Origin: Terriglobales bacterium
GTDB lineage: Bacteria; Acidobacteriota; Terriglobia; Terriglobales; Acidobacteriaceae
Reading direction: 5' to 3'
Length of the DNA: 64,000 bases
Assembly (NCBI GenBank): GCA_035651835.1
Contig: DASRFC010000065.1
Span: 11,736 to 75,735, forward strand
Position 1 is the first letter of the stretch, and each line of letters begins with the position of its first letter. The notes under the pieces were generated by a model, which saw nothing but the letters and a program-made list of their open reading frames with translations, was not told where the DNA came from and did not search any database. The position numbers were made by a program, and so were the translations under genes. This document shows, piece after piece, positions 62,387 to 64,000 of the stretch.

Positions 62387-63226
62387 TCAGCGGCTTCTGC
62401 CATGCGATGGGTCTGCGCTGGTCGCAGTATTTACATCTACATGCAAATGCATTGAAGTACTTGCTGCCGGTGGATAACAGTTTCCGTCAGAAGCATAGTT
62501 TTTTGGGCAACCACCAGCCACATCGTTTCGCTTGGGAGATTGAGCGAATTGCCAGATATCCGCGTAGTCAATCCCACTCTTCGCCGGACCTGGCGCGCTC
62601 TTGGGAAACGCGCAGCCCGGCGACGGCGGACAGGCGTCGTTCGTCACCCAATACACTATTTTTTTTCCAGCTGCGTTATCGCGAATGTCATTTGCCGTCA
62701 CGATGCCGCCGTCATCTTGTGCGGGAATCCCCGAGCAATAAACCCCTGCTTTGAATCCGGAAGCGTTCACCCCGTCCACCCAGGCGTAAATATAGGCTTT
62801 CTGTTCGGGCAACATGCGTCCGCCTTCTTCCATATCGAGGAAGATGATTGTGTCATTTGGGAATCCTTCCCGGCGTGCGGTCGCTACAGCGGCTTGTGCG
62901 TCCGATTTGCCCAAAGACCGTGCATGCGGAACCGTTTTTAATTCCGTATCCAATTTCCCGTTAAAGAGAACCAGAAAACCGAATCCTGCGGATTCGATCA
63001 CCTGCCGCTTCCCAGCCCAGTTATTCAATTTTTCTCCCGGAGGATTATTGAGCCAGAAGCCGGCGTAAGAAAATGTCTGGCGTAGAAAGGAAAGGTTATT
63101 GTCGCCAGGATAGTCGTTACGATCAAATCCAAGGTAGACCGAAGTGGAAGAGGATTGCGGGTAAGCTCGGAGAGCGGCCACAAATAGAGCGGCAATAATG
63201 ACCAGCGTAGAAGCAATTTGCTTCAC
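62387..63226 (-). CDS. secreted DUF1906 / Rv2525c-like glycoside-hydrolase-like domain protein
   Basis: 279 aa with a signal peptide. YLGFDRNDYPG...FSYAGFWLN...GKSDAQAAVATARREGFPNDTIIFLDMEEG...YAWVDGVNASGFKAGVYCS follows the DUF1906 layout. Confidence 0.55.
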   Translation of the reverse strand: MKQIASTLVIIAALFVAALRAYPQSSSTSVYLGFDRNDYPGDNNLSFLRQTFSYAGFWLNNPPGEKLNNWAGKRQVIESAGFGFLVLFNGKLDTELKTVPHARSLGKSDAQAAVATARREGFPNDTIIFLDMEEGGRMLPEQKAYIYAWVDGVNASGFKAGVYCSGIPAQDDGGIVTANDIRDNAAGKKIVYWVTNDACPPSPGCAFPKSAPGPAKSGIDYADIWQFAQSPKRNDVAGGCPKNYASDGNCYPPAASTSMHLHVDVNTATSADPSHGRSR

Positions 63227-63274
63227 ACTGAATGATAACTTAGCGAAGCCCCTTCCGCGCCGCGCTTCTGACGT

Positions 63275-64000
63275 CTATTGTACGGTCAGCGATACTGTCA
63301 GGTTGCGGGTTATGTTTCCGCTTGTGGCCTTCACCACGACCGAGTAACTGCCGGCCGGTGTTCCCGCAGACGATCCCGATCCTCCTCCGCAGCCTACGCT
63401 AGTGATCAAAAATCCGAGGAGCACAACACCCAGCATCGTTGCCCCGCGGCCGCGACGTGATGGAACTCCCAGCACAATACAAGCCAGCGCTGTTCCTCCC
63501 GCAGTCATAAGCCAGCTAAATGTCGCACCTCCGCCACCGCTGCCACCACTACCTTTCTGGGTTCCAATGGTCAGAGTCGCAGCAGTCGGCGTTGACCCGG
63601 TCACCATTGCAGAGGTCGGGTTCAGAGAGCAGCTGATATTTGCAGTCGTTGAAGAAGGCGTGCACGTGAGGCTCACTGTCCCGCTAAAGCTATTTAAGGC
63701 TGACAAACTTAATGCCGCGGTGCCCGATTGGCCTGCCGAAGTTATGGTTACACTTGCCGGAGTGGCGGAAACCGTATAGTTCGGACTGGTGAGTCCCGGC
63801 CAAACAGAGATCAGTTGCAAAACGTCGACAGAACCAAGACCGGTGACCTGGTCATAGCCCGCGCCAGCACTAAAACTTGTCATCTCTCCATTGACGCAAG
63901 CTGGACTGCTGCCGGAAAGGCATGGGACTTCGTTATTCCCAGTCGTGATGTCATGGAAAGCGATCGCTGTACTCTGGGCGCTAGCCAATTGATAGAGTGT
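63275..64000 (-). CDS. C-terminal part of a sedolisin (S53)-like peptidase with Ig-like tail; 5' end outside window
   Basis: The frame stays open to the window edge (TLYQLASAQS...). AFHDITTGNN...AGAGYDQVTGLGSVDV is the S53 C-terminal signature. Thr/Ser-rich Ig-like segments follow. Confidence 0.7.
   Translation of the reverse strand, partial: TLYQLASAQSTAIAFHDITTGNNEVPCLSGSSPACVNGEMTSFSAGAGYDQVTGLGSVDVLQLISVWPGLTSPNYTVSATPASVTITSAGQSGTAALSLSALNSFSGTVSLTCTPSSTTANISCSLNPTSAMVTGSTPTAATLTIGTQKGSGGSGGGGATFSWLMTAGGTALACIVLGVPSRRGRGATMLGVVLLGFLITSVGCGGGSGSSAGTPAGSYSVVVKATSGNITRNLTVSLTVQ

Noticed and set aside
1-64000. A search for tRNA, rRNA, tmRNA, RNase P RNA, SRP RNA and common riboswitch cores in all intergenic regions
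   Set aside because: No T-loop GGTTCGAATCC-type sequences, RNase P GAGGAAAGTCC, SRP or riboswitch consensus cores were seen by eye. Absence is not proven without covariance-model scans (tRNAscan-SE, Infernal/Rfam).

Overview
This is a contiguous 64-kb chromosomal segment with about 54 supportable protein-coding genes on both strands and mostly short intergenic regions. The gene content suggests an Acidobacteriota (Terriglobia-like) genome, but that call is inference only. It rests on an acidobacterial-type VWFA protein, a CarboxypepD_reg-type TonB-dependent receptor, an S53 sedolisin-like peptidase, a BNR/Asp-box propeller protein, a GT39-like membrane glycosyltransferase, many sigma-54 regulators and short palindromic intergenic repeats. 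Housekeeping genes recognised from strong motifs are sucC (partial), trpD, rlmB, a thiolase, purS, glmS, ccmF/ccmH, htpX, ychF, lolE/lolD, clpC, fabI and tsaE. Regulators are dense: three GAFTGA-type sigma-54 activators (one GAF-GAF type, two receiver type with adjacent histidine kinases), a LytTR response regulator, a long Crp/Fnr regulator, a YciI-linked ECF sigma factor and a PilZ protein. I found no rRNA, tRNA, CRISPR array, transposase, integrase or phage genes. The only accessory-looking patch is vapC plus a 5'-decapitated vapB beside a cupin gene downstream of clpC. No obvious novel multi-gene system (for example a defence island) stands out. The most interesting observations are: (1) a near-consensus sigma-54 -24/-12 element with an upstream inverted repeat in front of clpC; (2) a translationally coupled ccmF-ccmH-X-Y unit whose two unknown members share a CcmI-like motif; (3) a receiver-like/DHp-like protein lacking the phospho-His at the end of a kinase-activator operon; (4) an S55 (SpoIVB-like) protease homologue with its Ser and His blocks in inverted order; (5) a metallopeptidase-like protein whose HExxH motif reads HALTH. 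Everything here is by-eye motif recognition. No database search, HMM scan or RNA folding was run, and start codons are best guesses.
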